Shown: positions 50,511 to 64,000, counted from the stretch's first letter. The stretch is DNA of 64,000 bases from Lama guanicoe (GCA_013239625.1 MU053881.1:8951957-9015956); one strand, 5' to 3'. Notes: generated by a model from the letters alone, not told the origin. Translations and numbers: made by a program.

Positions 50511-51804
50511 GTGAAGGACAGAAAAATGCAGACCTACAAGCACAGCTGCGTAGCAGGCAGCAATGATAACCTCACTTGGTTCTGGGAAAAGGCTGGAAGG
50601 AGCCTATCCCAATCAGATAGTCATCAGCCCTGGCAACAGGCACTGTGAGTCCCCGGCCTGAAAAAAAAAAAAAAACCCACACATCTCAATAACAAGAGGA
50701 TCAATTCTGACATTAACACGAATATTACCAAAGCCCAAGAGATACATTTAAATTCACGGAGCTCTGCGGCAGATAATCTAAAAGCTCTGACTTGCTCTCT
50801 AGAAACAAGAAACTTTCATTTATGGCTTCCCAGCTCTTGCTAATCCTGCCCATTAGGCCCCAATATTGCATTTTACACAGGATGCGAGATCATACAAGGG
50901 GCTGATGTAATACTCAGGCACAAAACCAACTGGCAGATTTAACACTGAAATCCCCCAACTAAGAAGGCGCGGATGGAGCCCACCATGAAATGCCTTTTTT
51001 TTTTTTTTTGACAGACTCCCCCGTGTTCCTCATTACGGAGAGATGAAAGAAGACAATTCCGCATTCTGGGGCACAACCCCTGCATTTGCATAGGCAGTCA
51101 TTTGTCAACGGAAACAAACATCCCTGCATTCGCCCAGAGGTGAATGTTTACTCAGAAAGGTGACTTCTGACATTGACAATCATGTCAGTTTTCCATCTGC
51201 ATATTTTAAGGTAATGCATCGTCCCTTTCGTGCTATCAGTTCAGCTTCTTGCTTTCCCTCTTTCAATGAGCTCAGCCGACACCCAGACCTCTAGGTCTCA
51301 ATTTGAATAACTTTCCGGGAGGCGAGAAAAAATGCGATAAGGCATCAGCCCAAGGACAGGTGCTGGGGTTGCTAAAAAGTGAGCCTGGTATCTGTCGTCC
51401 TTTCATCTTCCTTACCCCACCAAGCTCCACTAGCTCAGGGCTAAAAGGCTCACCCCAGGCTGTGAATGAAACCTTCTCTAAAAATGTGGTTTCTTCCCAG
51501 ACATCTCCCTGGAACACTGGCTCAGGTAGCCAAACAGTTCATCAGCACAGCAATTTGCCCGGTCAGCTCCCTCCGTCAGAGCTGGGAAGTGTGGCTGGCG
51601 GAGGGGAGACTCGTGGGAGAGCTCCCGGTGGGCAGGCAGAGCGGGCACACTCATCCAGAAATCATAAATATGCATCTCGGCCCTGATCTTCTCTGCATGG
51701 TGGGGGACAGGCTGTAGAAGAGGCAAGTCTCACGGCCCACGGTCTCCAAGCGCCCCTGTTCCGCCTAAGAGTGAGCTCTATTTAGATCCAAAAAGGCAGG
51801 TGAA

Positions 51805-51989
51805 GGACCTGCTGTGGAGCACAGGGAACTAGATCCAGTTTCTCATAATAAAACACAATGGAAAAGAATCCGAAACAAACATGTATGTCTGTGTCACGGA
51901 ATCGCTTTCCTGTACACCTGAAACTAACATGTATATCAGTAACACTTCAACCAAAAAAAAAAAGTTAAAAAAATGTAAATCACAAAAAT
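51805..51989 (+). mobile_element. 185-bp 5'-truncated L1 3' end with TSD
   Basis: gcacagggaact..aatggaaaagaat..ctgtacacctgaaactaaca..acttcaa plus A tail; TSD aaaaaggc(a/t)ggtgaa at 51790-51804 and 51990-52004. Confidence 0.85.
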
Positions 51990-54399
51990 AAAAAGGCTGG
52001 TGAATCTGCCGCACGTGACTCAGTGGACTGTCTGACACCTGAAGGCAAGAGTGGGCACTCTGGCTTCCAGATCACAAAGCTTACCCATCACCTTCCACAG
52101 AGGTCTATTTCTGGGGAAACCACTCTTTGCCAGGTGGGATCCGACAGTGAGTTAGACAGACTCTCACTCCTTGGAGAGCTGACAATCGAGACAATTTAAA
52201 TTAAATGGCTAAATTAATTTAAACAGGATAGAAGCAGCACTAGGATGGGAAAAACAGATGGTGCTGTGAGAGCGGGGAGAGGAACCTTACTTAACCGTGG
52301 GTGGCATGGGGAGCGGGGGTGGGGGTGGTCACTGAAAATTTCCCAGGAGAAGTAAAATCTGGACAGAGACATAAAAAAGCAGATAGCAGCTTGGAGCTTA
52401 AAAAATTAGAGTAACAGAAGTGTCAGGAAGGCTCACCAGTCTCTCAAATTTACCCCCAGTGATTTTTTTTTCTTTTTTTTTCCCCACAGCTGGAATGTAA
52501 AGTGGGGAATTTCCCAGCATCCCTCTCTCAGCCAGACCCTATCTAACGAAGCCAAGATAATGAGGCATAACGTGGACCGTCAGCAGGAACGGCTGGGAAA
52601 TTCTGACTCTCATTGCTTGAGTCACCTTTCCCCCTAGAAAGCCCACGTTAGCCATCTATTGCTGGTCAGCTGTTCACTGGCTTCCTTGCCAGGCAAGCAC
52701 AAGAAGGCTAAAGTTAAAAAGGATTGGGAAAAAAAAAAAAGAAGATGAAAAAAATTGCTTTCTGTCAACGAATGCTTGCACAGCTCAACAAGTTGGAGAG
52801 CTGGCAAAGGCTTAATTAAAGTCAACAGACAATTTAAAGGGAGGGAAGCTTCAGCCTCTGCGGGAGAAACATTCTAGGTATTAAAACAGATTCACGAAAA
52901 GTCAGAAGTCCCCGCTGTTAGCTATCAAGGTAAAGGCTGGTAATGAAGTTAGGAAACTGCCTCCAAACTTGGCGTTAGCATGACTTTAGTTATGAAAAGA
53001 CGCTGAGCAACTGAAGATAATGTGTTTGTGTCTGCGCGAGGCATCTTTTCTTTCCTTCCTCCCCTTTCCTCCCATTCCCCGTCCCACCAGAAACCTAACA
53101 ATAGTACAATCCCGTCCAGCCCACGGCGCCTCAGTGTATCTCAGCTGGTTTCTGTGCTGGGGGACACTTGACATTTGCTGATCACTTGGGAGCTCGAGAC
53201 TGCCATTTCAAGCTCTCAGCATAAAGAATCTCACGCACAGAACAGAATGACATTGACTTGGGAGCTGGGAAAAGCTGCTGGTAAAAAAAAAAAAAAAAAA
53301 AGTTGCACTTTCCTCGGCTTCTGTAGGTAAGAGATAAAATGACCGCAGCAGACAGGATGGAACACAAAACCAATCTACCTCGAGGAGCACTTTTTAAAAG
53401 ATCTTTCAAAGCATTCACTTGCTTCCATCACCTTTTGCTCTAAGCGGTGAGCCTTGCATGGGCTGCCTTCAATGAGAGGGTTGGAATAACACTCTTTTGT
53501 GACTCCAAGTGCCAGTATTTAATAGTGTGTGCATGAGGGCCCCAGCCCTGGTTTTTTGGAATTCTGCAGAGAGAAGGAAAGCCAAAGAGAAAGTGTGAAC
53601 GTGGACTTTATAAGCTAGATAATCGGAGATACTGGAAAAGAAAGAAAGGGAGGAAGGAGAAAAAAAAAGCCTTATAGTAATTCTTCTGGTAGGAACTGTA
53701 GGAGGAATTCTGATGGCTTTGCAACCTCTACGTAAGCTTAATGAAGCATCTTAAGTTGGATGTTTTTTAAAACTGGGTCAAAGAATAGGGAGCAGCCCCC
53801 TGAATGCTGAAGCTACTGCATCACAGATTTACTGCCACAGTGTAGTCAATCTGTAAAAGCCTTTGCCTAAGCAGAGATGCGAACCAGCACAGCAAAAGCC
53901 TTTCTGATAAACAGAGATCAATACCGGGAGAGTATCTGAAATCGGCTTTTCATCCCTAACCTGACCCTTACCCGCTGACAACCAGCACTCTGCATGTTGG
54001 GGCACCCACTTGAATCACGCAGGGTCTCAGAGAGGCCAAAGGAGTAAATGAAGAAGGGGTGGGAGGCAACTCTTGGGAAGGGGTTGGCAATCACAAAACT
54101 AAGCATTCTTGTTGTTCTTTGATGGAATTTCTTCCCCCGATAGAGAAGTGCTCACGTGTTATGCAGACGACAAACAGATGCTAGGAGGAGCTAAGCGCTC
54201 CCACACCTAAAAGAAGAATGAGGGTGTTTGGGGATGTGGCCGGAGGAGGGGTTGTTTTTTTCCCCTCCTAAAGAGCTGGTAGGATGCCTTGCCCACTTGT
54301 AGACGACCTTAGAGCTGGGCATGCATGCACGCGCACTGTGTGTGTTTCTGTGTGTGAGCGAGAGGCTGAAATTAGTCACTTTGATTCCCTTCCAAAAAC

Positions 54400-54598
54400 G
54401 CCATCTGAGAATCAAGAGCCGCGTGTCCCTCGGGCTAGCCTCGGGAACCAGGCAGTGCTTCTCATCTGGTTCGGTCCTTCTGGCCGCGAGGCCGAGTCCT
54501 GCAGTGCTCAGCGCGTTGGCGCCGGCACGCTGATGATTCCAGGCTGATGAAACTTTTCCAATCAGCGATATTGCTAGACGCGGCCAGTCAGGCTGGCG

Positions 54599-54642
<44 letters not shown>

Positions 54643-54650
54643 CCCGGCAG
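54400..54650. promoter_or_regulatory. Small CpG-rich element with a CCAAT box (promoter/enhancer-like)
   Basis: About 20 CpGs in about 230 bp, ccaat at 54558-54562 and gcgcgcg next to (CT)19; no repeat origin recognised. Confidence 0.5.
54603..54640. repeat. (CT)19 microsatellite
   Basis: Read directly; followed by a short (GATG)n. Confidence 0.97.
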
Positions 54651-55104
54651 ATGGATGGATGGATGACAATTGTTGGATGCCTCCATGGTGTGTATGTAAG
54701 GGGGGAGTGTCAGGGGCCTGGGCTCTTAACAGCTGTTGGGAAGTTGAGGAAATCAAAATGGGAAACTCCAGTTTCCGCAGAGAGCCCTGGGATGGATTCT
54801 AGATTCTTCTTATTAGACCACTGGGCCTCAACCAGAGGCCTGCAGAGCATTTTGCGGGGTCGTGTGCTACTTGGGGATTTTAATCTTGGGTTTTCAACTT
54901 GTCAACAATCTAAAGCAACGATCTAAAAGCTAAAGTATTGCTCAATTATAAAGGTAAACTTTTCCTTTGCACGGATGCTATTTTCAGACAGTCTGTTTTT
55001 TAAATGATTTTTCCCAGGTAGTTCATATTCCTCCAGGTGGAGAAGCAGAGCTGGGCTTTTTTCCCCCAGAGTTAAGGAATTTCTTGGAGTGGCCTCTTAT
55101 GGAC

Positions 55105-55445
55105 ACTTGTTTGTTCATTCATTCTGCAAAATATTGGCAGTGCCTACCATGGACCAGGCACCATTCAGAGCCGGTAGGGTACATTTTTTGAACAAAATGG
55201 CAAGTTCCTGCCCTGGTAAAGCATACGTGTTAGTGGGTGGAGGCAAAGAAACCATAGCATAATAAGCATACAGCATGTTAGAAACTCAAAAATGCCATGA
55301 AAAAAATTTTTTAAAAAACACAAGGTCAGGGGGACTGAGAATGAGGGGTGAGTGGGAGAGGGGATGCTTCACTTTCAAATAGCAAGTTCAGGAGGGGACT
55401 CACCCAGCAGGGTCGTTTAAGAAAAGTGACTGAGAAGAGGCAGAG
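55105..55445 (-). mobile_element. L2 3' fragment
   Basis: ttgttcattcattc..aaatattg..gtgcctacca..ccaggcacc..tgaacaaaa..gttcctgccct is the reverse complement of the L2 3' end. Confidence 0.7.
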
Positions 55446-56819
55446 CAGTGAGTGGAGAAAGAAGGGTGCAGTCACTCACTGTCTTAGCCACAGACAGTCC
55501 TGGACGTTGTGACAAAGAGGCGTTCCTTGTCGGGCCGGAGTGGGGACACGGCGGTGTGGATGAAACACCTAGAAACCGGCTGCCGCTCCATCAAACTGAT
55601 TGTCGGCTCGAGGCTTAATCACCTTCCTGGCCAGAAATACAAACCCTAGTCCGAGGTGCTCAGGGAAAAAGCAGACCCAGGGAGCAGCCCCAGCTGCCTG
55701 CAGTCGGATGTTAGGACCAGAGCCTGCTCTGCAGAGCCAGTACAGCAGGGACTTCCTCCCAGGTTCCCACGGCCTCCGACAGTGTATTAAATTCTTTCCT
55801 TGTCTGACATAAAGTAATAACGGAGAGTTGTCACTGAGCAACAAAAGATGGGATGACTTTATTTTCTTTTCTTTCGAGGCACGTCCCAGGCTCCTGTTTA
55901 ATGATAGGAGAGAAGCCACTGGGGCCAAGTACGGGAAGCCACGACCTACCACCCCTCTGGGCAGGCGAGGGGGAAAGCCCTGGGCATAAAGCACACCACA
56001 CGGAGTTCTAATTCCAGAGGGCGGGACTCACACTCTCCTTGACTGAGCAGTGCAGGATGGTCCAGGTCCTCTCTCCAAATACCCACAGCCATGCTCCAGG
56101 ACAATCACACTCAAGTTACCACCGATTTCACATTTCTGAATATTCAGTAACATTCAGGAAGAGAAAATATCTGAAAAACAAAATCTGCTTTTTCCTTTCC
56201 TTTCCTTCTTTCTTTCTAAAGAACCCAGTGCTTTATTTCATACTCCATAACTAATGAAATCCAATTTCCAGGTAGGGGCTCATCAGCATCTTTGGAAACT
56301 AGCCCTTGTGTCGTAACTGTTGCAGGAACATACGCATCAGTACAGATACAAGAATGACTGTATCTTTCAAGCAACAGATTTCGTGGTCTCCCCTCAGGTC
56401 AGCCAGCCAGGAAGTGACCCCCACCCTGACAGAAGGGAGCTGATTCCCGTCCCTCCCAGGCTGAGCACAGCTTCTGGGCACATCCAGGCTTGTCTGTCAT
56501 GGCGCTGTAGGCATGCATTCCTATCCCATCTGTCCTCGCAGCCCCATGACTCATCCCCCTCCTCCCACTCACCAGCACCTCCCCACCACTCCCCCATCAC
56601 TCATCAGCATTCCTGGGAACCGATGACTTTATCCTCATGAAGTTTTATGACACTGTGCAAGGCTAGGGAAAGGAAAATCTGCAAATTCTCCACCTACAGA
56701 ATGAGAGTCCTAATAAATGTTTCCACGTACAGAACGGAACAAAGAGCAACGCTAATAAAAGCTAACACTTGTGGAACGCGGAACGCTTACCGCATACCGG
56801 GCACTTGTGAACATTTACT

Positions 56820-57010
56820 ATTGAACACTTATGCCTACTAAGTCCTCTGAACACACTTCTCTCGTTTAATCCTCACCATAGCTTTTTAGTTATGAAAAGA
56901 GGACACTGAGACACAGAGAGGTTAAGGCATTCCCTAGTTAAGAAACAGCCAGTAAGAGGCAGAATCGGGATTTGAACCCAAGACTTTGAACCAATGCTTT
57001 TAACCACTAA
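56820..57010 (-). mobile_element. MIR SINE
   Basis: ttgaacacttatg..tctcgtttaatcctcac..gaggacactgagacacagagaggttaag..gggatttgaaccca. Confidence 0.8.
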
Positions 57011-58949
57011 ATGCTAATACTGTTCACAGTGACCAGCAGTATGTATTTATAGGAGATTATGTATCTATGCAAAGTATGGAACTATCCACGATGAAAGCCG
57101 CCTGGTGTGAGGACGAACAGACCAGAGGTCAGGAGATGGACAACCAGCTGGGCTGTAGTTTTCGCTGTTGCTGTGTTGGCCAAGGTCGCAGCCTGAGAGC
57201 AGATGACACCTGAACTGAGTCAGGAGGAGAGCTTATTAAGCGGACTATTTTGAAAGTTGCAGTCAGGGTTTAGGGAAAGCAGAAGGGTTGTGGCCATGTT
57301 CTTGGGCTAGCAAAAGAGGGCAGTTGTTGGCGTCGTGAGTCCTCAAGGGGCAAGGGGAGGAGTAATGAGGGGAACCGGGAAGAGAAAGGTACACGGAGGG
57401 GGCCACCTGAGATAGCTGGCATCTCAGGGACAGAGAAATAGCCAGCTCGTGGCGCCACGACAAAGAGGAAGCTAGTGGAAGTACCCTGCGTCCCTTTGCT
57501 CCACCCTCCGATCTCCTCCCACCGAATAAACAGTTGTTACCCCGGGGACAAGCGTGCCCACTGATGCAGTGGTGGGGTCAGCCTTCAGGACAGAGGGCAA
57601 GGCCTTGAAAGGCTGGGGGGCGTGTGAAGGACGCACGGAGAATATGGAACGCAGTCATTATCATGATAAACTGGGACACATCTCAACCTCCCTGGGACTT
57701 GATTTCTTCATCATTATAATGAGACAATTGGACCACATGCAATTTATGCTGCCTTCCAGCTCTGACATTTTAAAGATTTTATGAATCCACCCTCCACCTA
57801 TGTCTCAAGAGATCTGCAGAGTAACTTCAAAAGAAGAACGTATAAAAGGCAGCCCGCACAGAGCCAACGCGAGTGGTATTCCGCATCATTTCTGCAAGTG
57901 CGTGTTGATGAAAGCGTGAAGGCAGACGGGGGCTGAGGCGGGAGGGCATCGGTCTGTTCTAGAAGGTAACCAGGGCACTGTTAAGTGATCTAAGACTAAG
58001 GCTTGAGAATTTGAAATCGTCCCAACAAAGGAAGTCACGTAACTCAAAATTCCTTGCTCCCTCTTGGAAGCAGGAGAGACACACAAGAAAGGACTGCTGA
58101 GCACACTCGGTACACCTGACAAGGCATGCTTTGCACCCTTTCGTGGGAGCCCGTGTCTTGACATTTCAAGCCGCAGCCCTGTGTTCTCACAAAGAACCAG
58201 CGGACCGTGCTGCTGGGCACTGAAGGTGCATATTTGGAGGTAAGTCCCTGGTTGGGTTGGAAGGAGATCACATCCATCTGAATCAGTTAAGGCTCATCTA
58301 ATTAGCCATTAGAAAGTGTTCCCAGATACTCGCTGATTTGTTCTCAGTTCTCAAGGTTCCTGATTGTCTGGTTCTTGACAGAGCACTAAGCTGGTCTGAG
58401 TAGACAGAAGAGCAGGTGCCCACGAGGGCCTCTGCCCTCCCCAGCTGCCGGGGACCCAGGTGCCTGTCCTCAAAGGCTGTGGAACCTGATGTGTGATGAG
58501 TTGAAGGCCTTTGGGATGGCCCCCTTGCTTTCCCCTATTCCTTCTACCCAAATAACTTAATGAAATCGCACTGTTACAGAATGATCCTTTTGTTTCCTCT
58601 GGACGCATGGTAGGGAATATGAACCCTTGATCACATTTATGAATGATTTTTCCTCTTTAATGAGGAAATTCACAGCATCTCAGGGCCCCTAAACCCAGGG
58701 AGCCAAGTGTGTGCATGTGTGTGCACGTGTGTAGAAGGAAAGGGAGGCGAGGCACTCTCGCGGTGAACTTGTTCTGCTTCACAACTGTCCTCCTTGTGGT
58801 CTGAAGACCACAAGGGCAAGAAATGGGCGAAAAAGGGAAAGGACAAATATATGAATATATTACACAACATGGAAGCGAGAACCTGTGTTCACGTGGTTTG
58901 GTCTCTACCACCACAGGTCACATGCATAAGAAAGCAAAAGCCTGAGACG

Positions 58950-59130
58950 TGAGTGGGTGGAAATACCAACGCCTTCATGTCCTAGATGCATGACCTTGGA
59001 TGAGTCCTTTGCCCTTAGTTTCCTCATTTAAGAAACGGAGCTAAGAAAACACAGTCATACCTACCACACCAGGGTGATGGAATCATAAAATGAGATCGAT
59101 TCAGTAAAATAAGTGCAAGAACTCTGTCAA
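58950..59130 (+). mobile_element. MIR fragment
   Basis: tgaccttggatgagtc..ttagtttcctcattt..acctacc..cagggt..aaatgagat. Confidence 0.7.
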
Positions 59131-61479
59131 ACGTAAATTGCCCTACAAGGCAGGGGACTGTTACCACTCTATCGAAATGGACGTGACCGCAGGGCATCCT
59201 TTGAAGAAAGATGGTACATGCGAAGGTGTCTCAGCAAAGAAGCGCCTGCAGCAGAAGACACCGGGAGTTTCCTAAAAACCTGCTCGGCATAGGAAACACC
59301 AGGTACAGAGCACGAGAATAATCCACGTTTTGAAGAAAAGTTCGGTTAAGAGAATGAATCATTTTCCCTCTCCTCCTTTTTTGCCTATTAAAAAAAAAAA
59401 GTCTCAACACTGAGCTACCATCAAGGGTGAAGCCCAGTCAGTGCACAGAGAGCTACCAAAAACGGGGGGAGGGGGGGAGTGACAGCTGTAGAGACAGTAA
59501 CATGAAAGAATATTCCAGCCATAGACGTAAGAGGCTCGACTTAACAGGTGCCTATAGTTCATAAGTCTCATTTTATATCCATTTTCACAGAATCTTTTTC
59601 TGACGCCATGCCTGGCAGCCAACATGAAGGTACCAGACACTATCTCAGATCGACAGCCTGATAGGAATCAGGTATCCATCCTTCCCTAGATAACCAGTGA
59701 AGGGTTCAAGTCAGTGCTCCAACTATTCCATCAATTAGGAAAGGTCCTTGCAAAGTCCCCTCTGCACGCGGTCCGTTATCCTTACCCAAAGACTCCATCA
59801 CGACCTTCCCACGGAGAAGACTCAGGGGCGGAGGTGAGGCACTGAGGCGTCTCCATAAGAGGTCCGGCTTGTGGTCAATGGTACCAGCCACACTGAGGAT
59901 CAGAAGAGGCTGGCTCCCCATCGGCAGAAGCCAGGGATGGGGTGCCCTCCCTTTTGTGGTCCCCTCTAAGTACAGAAAACCACCAGCGGTCCCAGCCGGA
60001 CCCAGCGGAGGCCTCCAGCTGCGAAGGAGAAACATAACAGGCAATACCCAGCCCACCCCCGCCTCCCTTCTCCCTCCCTTCCCTGTAGACAGACTCAGCG
60101 TGAGGTTCCCGAGGACTCAGTTGCGGGAGGACGCCTCCCCCACTGGCAGCCAAATGCCAACCGCAAGTCCTGCCCGTGTAATGTGTCTGACATTTCTGCA
60201 TTTCTCTGGGTTAACATTGTTTGACACAGACTTTCAAAAATATCTGCTAAAAAGGTTTGTGCGTGTGTGTGTGCGTGTGCTCACGTGCCCGCACAATTTC
60301 TGTCATTCTGAGGCATCACTGGGTGCATTTATTATTACTTTAAAAAATTATTCTCTTAGCTGCTGACACACCCTGGCTTTGGAATTTCCACTCAGGCAGA
60401 AGTAATTGGTTTCAGAAGGCTGGAAACCCTTATTTGAAACCATGTGCACATTCCTGTTGATGGATGCTATAAAATGTTCAAATACCATCTTCCCTCAAGT
60501 AAAACGGGCGTTAAAACCCGGAAGGATGAAATGTGATTGACAGCACGGCACAGTTACGTTTTAACTACCTGTTGTCAAATCATTGTAAAGCACCTGTAAC
60601 CCAAATAGGGGCAGCTCTCCTTCCTGGTCAGCTACCTTTAGGTGGGTCTTTCCAGGTCTTGAAGGGAGTATTTCTTTCTGTACCAGAAAGTACTTTCTGC
60701 TTCTCATTGTGTTTCCTCACGGGCAAAGGGCTGATTAAGGCAAACTGCCTCTCAGACATTCGTGTAAGGTGCAATCTCCGGTGGAGACCAGGGCAAATGC
60801 CTGTCCATCACGTCCCGAAGGAAGGTCTAGTGGTAGCCCGTATACCCAGAAAGCAGGGCTTTTTTTTTTTTTTCCTCGCCATGTCTTTGGAGATTTTTGT
60901 GATTTTTTTTTTTTTTAAAAAAGGAATGTCATGGCATGGCTGCTGAAGTGGACAACATCCATGTGGCAGACAAAGGAAACTCTCCCAAGAGAAAACAGAC
61001 TCCAACACCAAGTGACGTGGGAAAGGCAGCGGGATGGCTATGCAGATCTACCGCCAAATGAACGGCCGGGCACAGAGGCTCCGCCCCGGGGACTCGGGGT
61101 GCACACGCAGGGAGGCACTTCTGAATGTGCTGTGTAGCATCACAGGATGCACTACCCACCCCTGGGGATGCTTCCAACACCTCCTTGGAAACTCAGGGTG
61201 GAAATCCCAAGATTCTCTAAGTGGTGCCCACCTACAGGCAAATACAGCAGCACAGTGCAGCCCGCGGGCTCGGCCGTCAGACTGCATGCGTTCAGATGCT
61301 AAGTTTGTCCCCTACTACTCGCGTGACTTCGGGCAAGTGCCTCAATTTCTCCAACCCTACTTTGGGAATGATAATAAAAGCTACCTCAAGGGGTTATCAT
61401 GAGGATCGAGTTTTAATACCTGCAGAAACACTTGAATCCTTCTCTTTTACGACCAGTATTATTAATATCCAGTCCACCG

Positions 61480-62000
61480 CTTACTACTCCCCCACACGAG
61501 GGAAACCAGGTCCCTTTCCATTCTTGGCTAGACACCATTGTCAGAAATTTCTCCACACTGAGCACAAATTAAGCTCCCTGAAATTTCAATCGATTTACTC
61601 CAGGCCTATTAGGAGAGGCAGAGCCGGGGTAAGTCTCATTTCTCTTCCCCTGACAGTTGCACACAGTATTTGAGACAGCTGTAAATGTATCCCTAAGTCT
61701 TCAAGACCAAGCCTTCCCAGTTTTTAACAACTTTTCCTTGCATGGCAATTTTCTCAGATTTTTTCCCTCATCTTTATCACCTTTCTTTGATTTAGATTTG
61801 TCAGCATCTTTACATTGCATTGCATCGAACAGAACAGAATTTTCCGGGCGTGGTCCAAGAATACGAACTATGGGAGACAGTGTCTTTCTTAGCCCAGATA
61901 TGCCATTTCTTTGATCTTAGAAACTACGAGATACAAAATTCATATTCAATTAGCCAGCCACCCTCCTGGCCCAAATGCGATGCTCAGCTGCTTAAGAGGG
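61480..62000 (-). mobile_element. L3/CR1 LINE fragment
   Basis: attgtcagaaattt..ctccctgaaattt..aagtctcatttctcttcc.tgacag..tatttgagacagct..cccagttt..tttgtcagcatc..aacagaattttcc.gg.gtggtc resembles the reverse-complemented L3 RT/3' region. Confidence 0.6.
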
Positions 62001-63179
62001 CTAAAGGAATTCTGTTTTCTCTGACGTCAGTGTGTAGGCTACACAGAGTCAAGCACTCTCTTGTGTACAGACCCATGTAACTACACATTTGCAATTATCC
62101 TGAGGCTAAGGAATGTTCTAAAAAAATGAGTTCACAGCTCTCCCGGATGGAAATATGTATTTGGAATGAGATTTGCAAAACACCTGGATGATCCATCAGC
62201 CTAACTACCTTCTTCTTCCAAAGAAACTCGGAGAGCCACACCAAACCCACATACGGACAGAGCTGAGAGTCGGGAACTATGAAATCGTGGGTGAGAACTT
62301 TCCCAGGGTTTCTCTACACGACCAGCTGAAACTTTCCTTTCCCCTAAGCTCAGGATCACCCAGCCTACTTCTTTCCAAAAGAGATTCACTAGTGGAGATG
62401 GACTGGCAGCTTCTCCATCGGAGCCAATCGGCACACTTGCCTGGCCATCCCCATGGAAAGAGACCTGGGGGTAGGCGCGGGAAGTGATGGATGACATGCA
62501 GAGTGCGGTGTTTCAAGAAGGGGCCCCGAGGGGAACGTCACGTAGGTCTACCGAGTTGCCGTCTAGTTCAGATTTCTCAGGATAAAGGCGTCACTTGTAC
62601 AAGCAGCACTGTGTCCTCCGCGAAGAGAGGATTTGTCTCCACAACCTTCCTGGACTGTACTGACGGACAGACGACCTGCAGGAAGGAGTGGGAAGCTCAC
62701 TCACGCCTTTCTCAAAGGGGATGAACAAAAGCCTGCTTTCCACTGCCTGACAGAGACAGCTTGAAACTGGATGCGAGGTGAGTCTCCGTGCTGTAGCTTT
62801 GCAAACAACCAAAACAGCAGGAATGCCACTTTTAAAGTCATTTCTGTATTCTGGAAGCAGTTGTAACGCAAATCAAAACAACAAGAAACAGGCGAGAAAA
62901 CAAAACAAACACACCTCGGGTCCCAGGATTCGTTAGAGGCCTGCTCGACATGTAAGAAGGTATTTCTCTGATTTTCTCTGCTCAGCGTGGCTTTTCCCTT
63001 TATCACTTTATTTTGTTTAATTCCCATGGCCCGTTACATAGAGCACTGTGACATTCTATGTCCGTACGTCCACTCCCTGTAGACTGTCAACTTCTGAGGC
63101 AAAAGGACAAAGCATCGCGCTGCTCTCTGCCGTCCCTGTCCCCGCACAGTGTGACAGCCTCCTGTGGGTTCGCTCAATA

Positions 63180-63600
63180 CCACTCTTGCCCCTCTCTCTA
63201 ATCCTTTATCCACATGGTAGTCAAAACGATCTTTTAAAAAACAGATCTGGCCATGACACCCCCTTCTTAAAAATCCTTTGCTGGCTTCCCCTTTTTCTGC
63301 GGATGGAGTCCATACCCCCTCCAAGATGGCCCGGGAACTCTTGCTGGATCTGGTCCTTGCCTGCTTCTGCCCATCTGCTTCACTCCTCTCTCCTGCTCCT
63401 CCTCTCTGCCCCAGCAGCCTTGTCCTTCCATTGCTCGGAGCACACTCTTCCCCTCCCAGTCCACACACGTTCCTCCTCTCCCTCCCTTCCCCGACCCCTT
63501 CCCCCAGTTACCTGCTATTAATCAGTTCACTTCTTTAGGGAAGCCTTTCCTGATCTCATATTCAAGTCAGGTGCCCCTGATGTTACACGCTGTCGTCCTA
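63180..63600 (+). mobile_element. L2 LINE fragment
   Basis: gatcttttaaaaaacagatctggccatgacaccccc..ttaaaaatcctttgctggcttccc..ggatctggtccttgcct..tagggaagcctttcctga. Confidence 0.75.
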
Positions 63601-64000
63601 GCCTATAAATTTACCTCTAAGACCTTCCCAAAGCACATTCTCTGATACACTGGTAGAATATGATATCATCGCATCAGAAAATGGTAAGTCCGAAGTTCTG
63701 AGAAATCTTCTAAAGAGCCATACTGTGGAAGGGGAATTCTATCTCCCTTCAGGAAATAAGGTGTCAGTCCAGACGTACTTCTGGAGGTGGGGGTGGCAGT
63801 TAGAATCTATCATCATACTAAATCAGCCACCCACATCATTTTTACTTAAAAAAAAAAAAAGCCCCAGGCTGGTTAATGAGTTTAATACTCAAAAAGGCTC
63901 CCAGAGGTCTAGAAGAAGGATCAAAGGGGAGGTGTAGTGCTTTAATACAGTGCAGTTTCAAAGCCTTAATTGCCCATTCTTGAGCAACTGCCTCTATGGT

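Noticed and set aside
54574..54756. ORF with ERERERER as a coiled-coil protein
   Set aside because: It is the translation of the (GA)19 microsatellite.
1..64000. The many 60-170 aa ORFs in the six-frame track as genes
   Set aside because: None resembles a protein family I recognise except L1 ORF2 remnants. Many start at non-ATG codons, overlap on both strands, or run through repeats and homopolymers, as expected for chance frames in eukaryotic non-coding DNA.
1..64000. CRISPR array or prokaryotic defence system
   Set aside because: There is no regularly spaced short repeat-spacer array, and the sequence is mammalian.

Overview
Mammalian, essentially non-coding genomic DNA: a large intron or the gene desert of an unidentified locus. 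A Vic-1-type tRNA-derived SINE (about 2146-2275, minus strand) points to a camelid (Camelus/Vicugna/Lama). I recognise no protein-coding exon. The supplied ORFs are short chance frames, repeat-derived frames (L1 ORF2 C-terminus) or identical frames copied by a duplication. The window holds ancient eutherian repeats (MIR, L2, L3/CR1, MER5A, MER58A, MER82, Tigger1 derivative, MER77/MER21C-type LTR), several 5'-truncated L1 ends (three with visible target-site duplications), microsatellites, and repeat-free stretches that look like conserved enhancers. The outstanding structure is a near-perfect 2.2-kb tandem triplication at 18875-25459 (copies of 2209, 2160 and 2216 bp). Its first junction equals the second junction minus 58 bp, and its middle copy looks like a recombinant of the outer copies. 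It is either a young copy-number variant made by duplication and then unequal crossing-over, or a two-haplotype assembly chimera. Repeat family names come from my recall of consensus sequences and repeat boundaries are approximate; both need RepeatMasker/Dfam confirmation.
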